The notes beneath the pieces were generated by a model. The model had not been told where the DNA came from. It did not search any database and saw nothing but the letters and a program-made list of their open reading frames with translations. Shown here piece after piece: positions 16,301 through 25,378 of a stretch of 64,000 nt of DNA (the stretch's first letter is position 1; every line of letters starts with the position of its first letter). The translations under genes and the position numbers were made by a program. Source of the stretch: a virus; the IMG/VR virus record IMGVR_UViG_3300024264_000011, positions 43,376-107,375 of that record; one strand, given 5' to 3'.

Positions 16301-18988
16301 ACTTCCAGATGCACTATTAACAATACAAGTACCAAATGTAACCATTTCGTTATTGTCAAAAGACCATCCAAGTGATGAAGTTCCAATTCTTAAATAACCA
16401 TTCGCAAAATTTGATCCAGCAATTGTTCCAGGACTGCCAGTAATTGCAATACCGTTAGTTGACAACAATGTATCTGTTTCAGTTTGTCCAGTAACATTAA
16501 CACCACCAGATGTTGTTGCTATTTTTGCGGCATCATCATAATAAAGAGTAGTTGCGGCATTGTGAGTTACTCTAACACCTAGTGTACCACTATTATTTGC
16601 ATATAATAGTAGATCCTCATTATATGAGCTAACAATTCCTTCATCAACAATAATTCTTTTATTGAAGTAAAATCTACTACGGTCAGTTTCAACGTGAGCA
16701 TACGTAGTATTACTTGGACCAATTTTAATCCACCCATTTCCAGTATTTGCAGTTACATGTCCAGCTGTAGTATTAATACCACCAGTTCCAGTAACTGTTA
16801 AGTTACTCTGGACTTCAGTACCACCAACAAAATCACCAGCATAGTTAACGACTAGTTTAGCACCAGCATTTTTTACAAGAGCTCTTGAAGTACCAGAGTT
16901 TCCTCTAGATGTCTGGTTTGATGCACCAAGTCTAAAATCAAATCCACCATTATTGACATTTCCTGTTACAAATGCTTCTCCAGAAACATGTAATTTATAC
17001 GTTGGTGTAACACCGATACCAAAATTACCATCTTTATCTAATGTTACTTTTGTGGAATATCCACTACCATTGTAAGTTCTGAAAAATACGCCACCTGCAG
17101 CTGCACCATATGTAAGATAAGTACTATACTGCGTACCATGATGGAAATGAGTGTTTCCATATCTGGTTATGTTAATCTCATTACTAAAAGTAATTGCGCC
17201 AGTAGCAGTATCAGTAGCGTCAGATCTTAAAAATGAAGATGCATGTAATCCATCAACTTGGTCCACATTTAGAGAACTTTCGTCGTTTGTGTTTAATACT
17301 CTGTACTTAGTTGAACTACTATATCTACCACCAGTGTATAAATCTCCAGTAACATAAACATTAGTATCACCACGAACATCAAAAATCGTATCTGCGCTAT
17401 TACTTGTAGCACTTAAGTCTGCTGTACTTTGAGCTGTTCTTCCCCTAACATCAAAAATACTTTCAGTTCCACTATCTGCATCACTAGAAATAATGACTGC
17501 AGGAACATCATTTGCATCATCATTTTTGTAAAATACTGCAACTGGATCAGCATTTTGAGAATTATTAGTTACAAATAATCCTACACCAGCATCTCCATCT
17601 ACTCTAAGTGCAGCAGTACTATCATAGGTTGCGTGACCACCATTATCATCATTACCAATAACAAGATCTTTATTGAATTTCCAGTTATCTCCAGCAGAAA
17701 CATAAGTCAATGTTGCACTAGCACCATCAATAGTAATACCAGCACCATTTGCAGCTGCAGCATTAGCAGCACCAGATGCTAGAGTAATATTGAGATCATC
17801 TACATTTACTGTAGTTGAATTGATTGTAGTTGTAGTACCATCAACCTGTAAATCACCAGCGATGACAAGAGTTCCTGTATTGTTGCCAACTCCTGCTGGA
17901 TCGATTGTAAGAGTTGCTGGACCACTAATTGTATTAGTTGAAATATTAATACCTGTACCAGAAGCACCTGTTGATAGTGTTGTTGCTGATGCAGTTCCAG
18001 TTACAGTAACACCACTACCATTTGTCTGGAGTTTTATATTATCTGATGTGCCAGAGTGATGTAATTTTACAGCACCAGTATTACCAGGTTTTAACTCAAT
18101 ATCAGTAATTAGTGCTGTATTATGTTGACCAATGGTAATGTCATCACCGTTTTTACCAATTAAAACTCTTAAATATCCACCATCATCAGTATAGATGGTA
18201 CTTGATTCTGGAATTACAAGAGCAGCATTGGTTACAGTATGTGATGCTGCTGCATAAGTACCACCGTCAGACTGGAAAACATCTGCGTTTGATAGTCCAG
18301 TTGTACTTGTTCCTAAAGTGGTAGTATTAAATTTTTGTACATTATCATAGTAGAGTTGAACATCAGCATTTGTGTTAAACACCGCCATATTTTCGGCATT
18401 AAATCTCACAACAACTTGATTACCTACAAGTCTTAGAGCTCCATCTCCAGTATCATTAATGTAACTATTACTGCCATCATGATAAATTTGTAAGTCGTTA
18501 CCAGTTCCAAAATTGGCAGTTTGGTTATCACCAAAATATTGATTACCAGATAGTGTAATATTACCAGTGAAAGATGCACCAGTTGTTGTGGTCTCAAATT
18601 TCTTGGAGTTGTTGTAGTAGAGTTCTACTGATCCATTTGGATTTGCGGCAACCATTTGATCGCCAGTAGTTTTAGTTATGAAAACTCCACCAACACTTGA
18701 TCTCAAATAAAGTTTTCCAACTCCATTATCATCAATAAAACTATTAGATCCATTATGGTAAAGTTTTAAATCTTCACTATCACCAATACTCAAATGATCA
18801 TTGTCACCTAAATTGACATTACTATCAAATATAACATCGCCAGTAAATCTACCAGTACCACCAACATCCAAATCATAAGAAGGGGTGGAATCTTTAATTC
18901 CAACCCTATTATTTGTGGGGTCAACAAACAGTGTATCGCCATCAACTTCTAAACCGTTTTTGACAATAAAATTTCTATTAGTTGCCAT
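13397..18988 (-). CDS. long tail fibre with C-terminal intramolecular chaperone (peptidase S74)
   Basis: NFIVKNGL N-terminus; repeated DLQIYHDGSNSYI / LYYDN..KFETT; C-terminal TAYSDIKLKENI...GVIAQ...YGNMVGLLIEAIK. Confidence 0.88.
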   Translation of the reverse strand: MATNRNFIVKNGLEVDGDTLFVDPTNNRVGIKDSTPSYDLDVGGTGRFTGDVIFDSNVNLGDNDHLSIGDSEDLKLYHNGSNSFIDDNGVGKLYLRSSVGGVFITKTTGDQMVAANPNGSVELYYNNSKKFETTTTGASFTGNITLSGNQYFGDNQTANFGTGNDLQIYHDGSNSYINDTGDGALRLVGNQVVVRFNAENMAVFNTNADVQLYYDNVQKFNTTTLGTSTTGLSNADVFQSDGGTYAAASHTVTNAALVIPESSTIYTDDGGYLRVLIGKNGDDITIGQHNTALITDIELKPGNTGAVKLHHSGTSDNIKLQTNGSGVTVTGTASATTLSTGASGTGINISTNTISGPATLTIDPAGVGNNTGTLVIAGDLQVDGTTTTINSTTVNVDDLNITLASGAANAAAANGAGITIDGASATLTYVSAGDNWKFNKDLVIGNDDNGGHATYDSTAALRVDGDAGVGLFVTNNSQNADPVAVFYKNDDANDVPAVIISSDADSGTESIFDVRGRTAQSTADLSATSNSADTIFDVRGDTNVYVTGDLYTGGRYSSSTKYRVLNTNDESSLNVDQVDGLHASSFLRSDATDTATGAITFSNEINITRYGNTHFHHGTQYSTYLTYGAAAGGVFFRTYNGSGYSTKVTLDKDGNFGIGVTPTYKLHVSGEAFVTGNVNNGGFDFRLGASNQTSRGNSGTSRALVKNAGAKLVVNYAGDFVGGTEVQSNLTVTGTGGINTTAGHVTANTGNGWIKIGPSNTTYAHVETDRSRFYFNKRIIVDEGIVSSYNEDLLLYANNSGTLGVRVTHNAATTLYYDDAAKIATTSGGVNVTGQTETDTLLSTNGIAITGSPGTIAGSNFANGYLRIGTSSLGWSFDNNEMVTFGTCIVNSASGSTLTFSNRPAFDGGASGTSSPFTVDSTQVVTNLNADLLDGQQGSAYLRSNANNDSATGTFRTSASYIEAGKGSGSVALTINDGYGNANLAFNHLGGVPDVTGSSGRIECSVDSTTANMYFELGNSSTANTARSLSTIMTLTTSAITAESGISFSGNGSGLTNLNSANLTGTINDARIPDTITPATRVETKEIRTSNGTELVLNAGESAGKIASQTGELVYVNAEGGLRISTPSVSNWGSGYVEQRTNITGGGIFFHRNTTAMGEITTSDTTWLRINQNTAKNIYTPRYIRADGGFFVDGTSKGINGDGSLIGPAFNLTVGSTSCKISGSNNQLLLYNDADETVIHRNDGTNYYILLSNTGAAASDTWNGLRPFYINTGTGRLHSNNGQTIAGGLSTSGTITLTGSSIINHHTTNTADKIRVWDSSSYTIGMMSGRTHGRLNDYAMTFTFNNESDRGFLWRDTAHDASGGAMSLSTDGGLAVSRGINTGTGETDTGWHDHPLHVDNTWQTGQNSSYNTVYIDADWSGTAAFTANRAQVGLRVDVDNSKSNTTSTNGNRHNMYGIYTSSDSTGYTHDNRGLYSFAKVTGNGSGIGTQSVFGAYTYAQAYAAGGAVNAYGIHSIAYRGGNTSGGTLYAVYGRAQNTDNGSGKSGNAVGGYFEVQCDEDTIGDAKGVYSHIDRNAGTVTTGYLFFGSYAGTVGTKWGTYITGETKNYFSGNVGIGSTAPVAKLDVNGNIHCTKLAAGTASNPGTNVDICLGADNDTGFQCPSDGNLKFWCNNAEVASWTASTLTFAKASTFNGRVTINNHLDLPDNEYLYFGSGDDVEFFCNGSHMYMDLNSGIGNFYIRDGSTTRYTFDDNGSFTATGNVTAYSDIKLKENIEPIANPLDKVNQINGVTFDRIDTPELGRQMGVIAQDVEKVCPELVSTDEEGTKSVAYGNMVGLLIEAIKDQQEQINILKEEIKLLKGDN

Positions 18989-19029
18989 AAGACTCCTTGG
19001 GGTTCACTTTCCCCCCATATTTGTCTAAT

Positions 19030-19037
19030 TATTTATA
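19030..19037 (-). promoter_or_regulatory. T4-type late promoter TATAAATA
   Basis: Exact octamer about 40 nt upstream of the fibre ATG. Confidence 0.75.
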
Positions 19038-19039
19038 AA

Positions 19040-22000
19040 TCAATACTTGATTGCAGTAGCAACAACTTTATAGGTAGTGGTGTTAGTAGACGATGCAGTT
19101 GCAAGCAGTCTGATTACGTTAGAAACAATATTAGTGTCAAATGTAGCAAGAACAGAACCAGAATGAACAGTACCATATGCAGTCATGTATGCAGTTGTTC
19201 CATCATGAACTACCAATACTTTTTCCATATGGAAGTTTGCATTTTCTGATACTTGAATCAAGAATTCGACAGATCTGTAAGTAGAACCATTAATAGAAGC
19301 AATTAGTGTTGCAGAAGTTGATGTTGTTGTAGCAGTGAATGACTTTTGTAGTGAATTTGCATCTGCAATTTCAGTTCCAGTAGTAACTATATCCCCAGTT
19401 ACAGTAACACCAGATGTAGTGGTTTCAAATTTCTTAGAATCGTCATAATAAAGATCAACTGAACCATTAGTAGTAAATGTTGCTTTTACTTCATTTCCAG
19501 ATGAATCATATACAACAATATTGTCACCCCAAATATTTAAGTCACCAGTTCCATTTTCTCTAATATTAGATGAGGAACCTGAATGATAAATCTGCAAATC
19601 ATTACTAGATCCAAAATTTATTCCAATAGAATCTGGTAAACTAATGTTATTTTGGAATTCTGAAGTGCCACTGACTTTAATACTACCAGAAACATCCAGA
19701 GCAACAGTAGGAGCAGAAACACCAATACCAACTCTATTGTTATCACCATCTACATATAAAGTATCTCTACCAAGAATATTTTTATAATATTTGATATCAT
19801 CTGTACCAATAGTATGCCCAGTGGTTTCAATATTAGATCTCCAGAGAGTTGTATTTGATGGGAGACCGTTTGAAACTAGAACATAACCAAGAGACATCTC
19901 AGCAACAGTATCATAATCACTAACTCTTGTCGCTGTAAATGCAGAGTTTGCACTACCTACAGTGGTAATTTGATACAGACCATTCTCTTCTGCATTTGTC
20001 TGACCATTGACCAGAACAATATCATTATTTCCGAATGTGACTCCATCTGCTGATGGGAATACACCATTTACAGAACCAGTTAGTGTAGCACCTACACCAG
20101 CAGTACCATTATTATAAGTTGCAGAAATATTAGATGTATGAATACCTTTAGCAATTGCAATACCAAAATTTACCCATGAAGGAACACCATTACTTACTGC
20201 AAGTACATTAGATTGATTACCAATACCCAACTTAGAAATGGTTGCACTACTGTTACCATATAAAATATCACCTTGAGCGTAAGTTGTGATATTAGTACCA
20301 CCTTTACCGACAGGTACAGTAGCAACAAGATTACCTGGGTTTAGATAATATTGATCGTTATTACCATTTAAAGTTAGAGCATCAACAGTACCACCAGAAG
20401 ATGCTGCCTTAATTGTAACATCACCAATAGAAGAAACATCAAATTGTTGATGGTTGTAAGCAGAAACACCTAATCTAGTATAACCAGAAGTACCAGTACT
20501 GCTACCAGTTACTGTTTGAATACCTATTTTAACTCTATTATAGTGTACAGTTTCATTCGGATTTACTGTGTTATCTACAAAACTATCACCAACTAAAGTA
20601 AGAGGAGAATCACCATCTTCCACAATACCTTGAACTGCTTCAGCCCATATAGAGTCTCCACGTAAGAATGTTTTATTATTTGCACTACCACTGGATGCAA
20701 GTCTATCTACAGAAATTACACCAGAAACAATGTTAGCAGCATCAACACTAGCACCAGACAAGACAGACCAGTTTGTTGTTGGTATGTTTGAGGTATTACA
20801 TTCACCATCAATAGTGATATTGAATACCCTCAGACTAGTATTGCCGGAACCAGTTGCAGTAACATTAACTGCAGAAACAACTAATCCCCCAGTAGAAGAT
20901 TCAGCTGCAGCTTTTGTGTTATGAAGAGTGAATGTGTTTGTAGTAACGGCACCAACAAAATAAAATGCTGTGTTAATTAATCCAGTAGGTAATGTAGTTC
21001 CCTCAGCTTTTACAGCATCACCAGTTGATAAACCATGTGTAACAACATAAAATTTATTTAAGTCTACATTAACATTGTTAAACGACAGTGAATGTGTTCC
21101 AGTTGATGATGACGAGAAAGATGCAAAATACTGTGTATCTAAATTGTAATTTGTATACAACTCAATTGTATTTCCATCGATAACTTTGACAAAATAATGA
21201 CTACCATTAGTTAAACCACCAATAGCAACATTAGGTGATGAATCATATTCTAAAAAGTCACCATTAGAAAGACCATGTGAAGTAAGTGTTATTCTGCTAG
21301 TACTATAGTTTACATCATTTGTAGCATCGAATGTAAATGACGTTGAACTTGCATTATTAAGTGTTTTTATAGGAGCATTATCATCATAAATGAAATCTGG
21401 TGCTCCAGATGAAGCACTAAATTTAACCTTCTCACCAGTCAAGTTAACAAAAAGTCTTTGGATTGTATTCACAACTGTAAACACAAAACCAGAACCAGTT
21501 CCGCCCAAATCGGAAGAACTTGCACTTAGTGTATCATTAGCGGCATAACCAGTACCACCTTTTCTTAAGTCAACGTTAGTGATTGTTCCATTCGTAACTG
21601 TGATATCAGCTCTAGCACCTGAACCAGATGAAGAAACATTAGTGAGAGCAACATTGGTATATACTTGAGATGCGCCAGTTGGAGTATATCCAGAACCTAC
21701 GTTAGTTACTGTTCCACTAAAAAGAACACCCTGTTCTAAACCATTAGTTCCTAGAGAAGTATCTACAGTTCCTTTAGCACCAGAAAGAACAGCTTCAATA
21801 GTTGTGGTATTTGTAAAAGTTGGACTTGTGTGTAAATTATCAATTACAAGGAATTGTGATATATTATCAGACTGAAGAACATAACTTGTATCAACACCAC
21901 CAACTTCTTCAGTAACAAAGTCACCAGCACCAACACTAATAAATGGAATATCTAAATGAATTTCTGCTCGTGCATCTTGACCAATAACTTTATATGTATT

Positions 22001-24877
22001 AAAGTTTCTAATTGGTGGAATAATATCAGTATTAAGTTTACCAGCAGAGTTTAACTGTACAACAGAGTTTGGAACAGAGTTAATACTTACAGATTTATCA
22101 ACAAAATCACCAAGTCTATTTGTAATAAAATCTCTTGATGCTTTTTGTGTGTTTAATCTAGTATGTGATGCACCACCAACTTCATTATCACCCAAACCAG
22201 CATCAAGTGAAATTTCTTCAATGGTTACGTTTGAGATAGATAACTTAAGTGAAGACAGTTCACCGATAACAACTCTCTGAGAGAAGGTAATTTCACCACT
22301 TCTGTTTTCTGCTTTAATAAATTTACCAACTTTAAAGTCACCTAATTCGTCAGTACCAGAACTATAAACCCTACCTGGTAAGTTTTCATATTGTTCATAT
22401 GCTTCTATTTTCTGACCACCGTTCTCTGGTAGTGCGTTATAGTCAATACCTGCACCAATAAATTCCCAAGTATGACCAGACGAGTTTACAATCGATGGTC
22501 TATGTAAACTAATATCTTTACTTACAGTCTGGTTGATATTTTGGATTTCATTACCAGCAATTGTACTCTTTATAATAAATTCAGTAGTATATAAGTCTGT
22601 TCTTGTTTCACAAGTTCCAATTGTTACTGTCTGTGGAGTTCCTGAATGATCACTAATTGTCATTCCCTCAACAAAAATATTTCTCAACAGGGCATCACCA
22701 ATCTGAACCTGATTTACAGATACAGTGAGTTTTCTTGTGGTTGCATCCCAGTCAAATACAGTTCCATTTGAATTGGTAGAACCATTAGTACCAGAAATAG
22801 TTTGACCAATAGTAAATGTATATGAACCCGCAGGAATTGTGATATTTTGATAACTATTGTGATGGTTATCTACTTTGCTAACAAAGAATTCTTCTACATC
22901 TTTTTCTAAAGAATGATCTGATTGATGTGTGATACCATTAGCATCTGCAGATACAAAAGTATGCGTTGATAGATCAGTAGAACTACCAACGTTGACTGTA
23001 AATGTATTTGTGGTAACAGCAGTAATACTTAACCAAGTATCAGCTGCAGGGTCTGTGGAACGAGGATAACCAACTTGAGTCTGATGATTATCATAAGAGC
23101 AAGTAAATACTAAAGATCCAGTAGCAATTTTAATTTTTTCACCAACTTCAAAACCATGACCAGCAATAGTAATTACCGATAAACCAGTTGAAGGATCATA
23201 GGTTGCATTAGTAGCGGTATATGACTTACCAATAACATCAGTTAGATCAACTTTGAAAGATAAAGACTCATCTTCATAGAGTTGAATAGTATTTGCATTA
23301 ATATACTGTACAAAATATTTTGTTCGGTCAATCAATCCACCAATTGGTTGATAAGTATTTGATTTATATTCAATACCATCACCATTACTTAAACCATGAT
23401 TGGGAATTGTGATATAATCGTCAGTTAAATTTACATCAGTTGTTGGGTCGAATGTAAACGTAGTACCAGCAGTTTTATATGTACCAGTGATTGCAGACCT
23501 TAGTTTGATAGCATTTGTTGCTGCAGAAACAAACGTATGGGTCGAGAGATCTGTAGACGCACCAACATTTACATCAAATGTATTTGTAGTTACGTTTGAG
23601 ATATATAACCAATTATTTGCTGCTGGGTCAGTAACTCTTGGGTAACCAGTCTGTGATACATTATTATCATAATCACAAGTAAATACTATAGAACCAGTTT
23701 TAATAAAAACTTGGTCACCATTGCTGTAACCGTGTGCATTTGCTGTGAATGTAGATACACCAGTAGAAGGATTATAAGTTACATTACTTGGTGTAAAGTA
23801 ATCTGTATCATATAATTTAACAACATAGTGGTTGATAACAGGTCTTAGTGTACCAATTACCTCAATAGCATCTTCACCATCAATAAGACTTGTAGCTGAT
23901 ACGTATCCATTATCAAAGATATATGAGTTTTGTCTAAATCCAGTACCACGAAGAGCATAGATACCAAAGTTTGATGCTGAGTTGGTAATTGAAGCATAAC
24001 CACCAGACTGAGCATAAACACCATGTTTACCAAATAGTTGGAAACAAGAAACCAACTGACAGTATGCATCATTAATAACGTGCCATGCTGTTCCACCAAA
24101 AGTTAGAATGGTGAAATAAGCAGCAACCATGGACTTACCTTGTACTGGTGCAGCACCAATAACAGGAAGTTCTACCTCACTTTGTTTAATTGGAGTGTTA
24201 AATTGATTAATTCTACTACCATCAATCAATACACCATTACCACCAATAAAAGAAATCAAAGAACAGTCTTTGATATATGGTGATGTTGAAATGATAGGTT
24301 TAGCTGAAGATAGACCACTATAAACAGTACGATCTACATCTACATCATCTACATCATCAAACGCTAATGCATATCTAAATGTATAGTCTGCCTCTCCATT
24401 ATTGTCTAAGTGGTCTCTAAAAACTACACCTTCAACTAAAATTTTATTCCTTATTCTAAAGATATCTTTCTTCGCATTTTGAGGACGTATAACAACGCCT
24501 CTAAGGTTATCACCAATAATTGAAATATTATCGTTAACGATAATGGGGTTATCTTCTACGTAATCACCAGTAGCAACATAAATTGTTACTGGTTTTGCCA
24601 TTCCAGAAGCAAGAATACATGCTTTCTTAATTGTCGCTACTGGAAATTCTATACCGTCATTGTTATCGTTTCCTTTTGCTGCAGAAACGTAAACTCTATT
24701 ACCACCATAACGATCAACTGGGTTTAGAGAAACAATCTCTTCGTTTGCACCCTGTTGTCGTTTAATATACGCTTGACCGTCGTATGTATTTAAACCTACT
24801 TCTCCTAGATCTAAATCTGACGTTGTTGGAACTCTGCCAGCTACAGCAGATCTTTTAAGCTTAATATTTGATGCCAT
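19040..24877 (-). CDS. large virion structural/tail fibre protein (1945 aa)
   Basis: IKLKRS..GEVGLNTYDG N-terminus; beta-rich HGLxxGD repeats; fibre-type C-terminal repeats. Confidence 0.8.
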   Translation of the reverse strand: MASNIKLKRSAVAGRVPTTSDLDLGEVGLNTYDGQAYIKRQQGANEEIVSLNPVDRYGGNRVYVSAAKGNDNNDGIEFPVATIKKACILASGMAKPVTIYVATGDYVEDNPIIVNDNISIIGDNLRGVVIRPQNAKKDIFRIRNKILVEGVVFRDHLDNNGEADYTFRYALAFDDVDDVDVDRTVYSGLSSAKPIISTSPYIKDCSLISFIGGNGVLIDGSRINQFNTPIKQSEVELPVIGAAPVQGKSMVAAYFTILTFGGTAWHVINDAYCQLVSCFQLFGKHGVYAQSGGYASITNSASNFGIYALRGTGFRQNSYIFDNGYVSATSLIDGEDAIEVIGTLRPVINHYVVKLYDTDYFTPSNVTYNPSTGVSTFTANAHGYSNGDQVFIKTGSIVFTCDYDNNVSQTGYPRVTDPAANNWLYISNVTTNTFDVNVGASTDLSTHTFVSAATNAIKLRSAITGTYKTAGTTFTFDPTTDVNLTDDYITIPNHGLSNGDGIEYKSNTYQPIGGLIDRTKYFVQYINANTIQLYEDESLSFKVDLTDVIGKSYTATNATYDPSTGLSVITIAGHGFEVGEKIKIATGSLVFTCSYDNHQTQVGYPRSTDPAADTWLSITAVTTNTFTVNVGSSTDLSTHTFVSADANGITHQSDHSLEKDVEEFFVSKVDNHHNSYQNITIPAGSYTFTIGQTISGTNGSTNSNGTVFDWDATTRKLTVSVNQVQIGDALLRNIFVEGMTISDHSGTPQTVTIGTCETRTDLYTTEFIIKSTIAGNEIQNINQTVSKDISLHRPSIVNSSGHTWEFIGAGIDYNALPENGGQKIEAYEQYENLPGRVYSSGTDELGDFKVGKFIKAENRSGEITFSQRVVIGELSSLKLSISNVTIEEISLDAGLGDNEVGGASHTRLNTQKASRDFITNRLGDFVDKSVSINSVPNSVVQLNSAGKLNTDIIPPIRNFNTYKVIGQDARAEIHLDIPFISVGAGDFVTEEVGGVDTSYVLQSDNISQFLVIDNLHTSPTFTNTTTIEAVLSGAKGTVDTSLGTNGLEQGVLFSGTVTNVGSGYTPTGASQVYTNVALTNVSSSGSGARADITVTNGTITNVDLRKGGTGYAANDTLSASSSDLGGTGSGFVFTVVNTIQRLFVNLTGEKVKFSASSGAPDFIYDDNAPIKTLNNASSTSFTFDATNDVNYSTSRITLTSHGLSNGDFLEYDSSPNVAIGGLTNGSHYFVKVIDGNTIELYTNYNLDTQYFASFSSSSTGTHSLSFNNVNVDLNKFYVVTHGLSTGDAVKAEGTTLPTGLINTAFYFVGAVTTNTFTLHNTKAAAESSTGGLVVSAVNVTATGSGNTSLRVFNITIDGECNTSNIPTTNWSVLSGASVDAANIVSGVISVDRLASSGSANNKTFLRGDSIWAEAVQGIVEDGDSPLTLVGDSFVDNTVNPNETVHYNRVKIGIQTVTGSSTGTSGYTRLGVSAYNHQQFDVSSIGDVTIKAASSGGTVDALTLNGNNDQYYLNPGNLVATVPVGKGGTNITTYAQGDILYGNSSATISKLGIGNQSNVLAVSNGVPSWVNFGIAIAKGIHTSNISATYNNGTAGVGATLTGSVNGVFPSADGVTFGNNDIVLVNGQTNAEENGLYQITTVGSANSAFTATRVSDYDTVAEMSLGYVLVSNGLPSNTTLWRSNIETTGHTIGTDDIKYYKNILGRDTLYVDGDNNRVGIGVSAPTVALDVSGSIKVSGTSEFQNNISLPDSIGINFGSSNDLQIYHSGSSSNIRENGTGDLNIWGDNIVVYDSSGNEVKATFTTNGSVDLYYDDSKKFETTTSGVTVTGDIVTTGTEIADANSLQKSFTATTTSTSATLIASINGSTYRSVEFLIQVSENANFHMEKVLVVHDGTTAYMTAYGTVHSGSVLATFDTNIVSNVIRLLATASSTNTTTYKVVATAIKY

Positions 24878-24895
24878 AGTGCGGTATATACCTAG

Positions 24896-24920
24896 AAAAA
24901 AAGAGGGTTATATAACCCTC
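24896..24920 (-). terminator. intrinsic terminator
   Basis: Perfect palindrome GAGGGTTATATAACCCTC followed by T7. Confidence 0.7.
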
Positions 24921-24927
24921 CTCTTAT

Positions 24928-25368
24928 TTATGTTGGTAGGTATATACCATCGTCTGTTTCAACTACATTACTAACAGTGTCATTTTTATCTGTCTCATCA
25001 TTTTCATCAGTAAATTGTACTGATTTTGTTTCTACTGGATCATCAGAATCTACTGGTTCTTCTTCCTCTTCTTCTACAGTCACAGTGACTGTAGATGGAT
25101 CAAAGATAGCGGCAGAAACACCAGATAGATGATGATGAACGTAAATTCTATTGCCATTTTCTGTAGGAGTAAATGATACTGTATAGTAACCTACTCTGGG
25201 ATCAAAAAATGGGACAGGAGAACCTGTTTCAATTGTCTTTTCGATGAGATCCCTAAACTCCTTAGGGATCTCTGTTTGATCAATTTGTTCATTACAGACT
25301 TTTAAGTTTTCTTCATTTAGAAATTCATTCAGGGCAACTTCTTGCTCTTCGTTTAGGAAAAATGACAT
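24928..25368 (-). CDS. acidic hypothetical protein
   Basis: 146 aa, GGAG SD, YTVSFTPT motif. Confidence 0.7.
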   Translation of the reverse strand: MSFFLNEEQEVALNEFLNEENLKVCNEQIDQTEIPKEFRDLIEKTIETGSPVPFFDPRVGYYTVSFTPTENGNRIYVHHHLSGVSAAIFDPSTVTVTVEEEEEEPVDSDDPVETKSVQFTDENDETDKNDTVSNVVETDDGIYLPT

Positions 25369-25378
25369 CGTGACTCCA

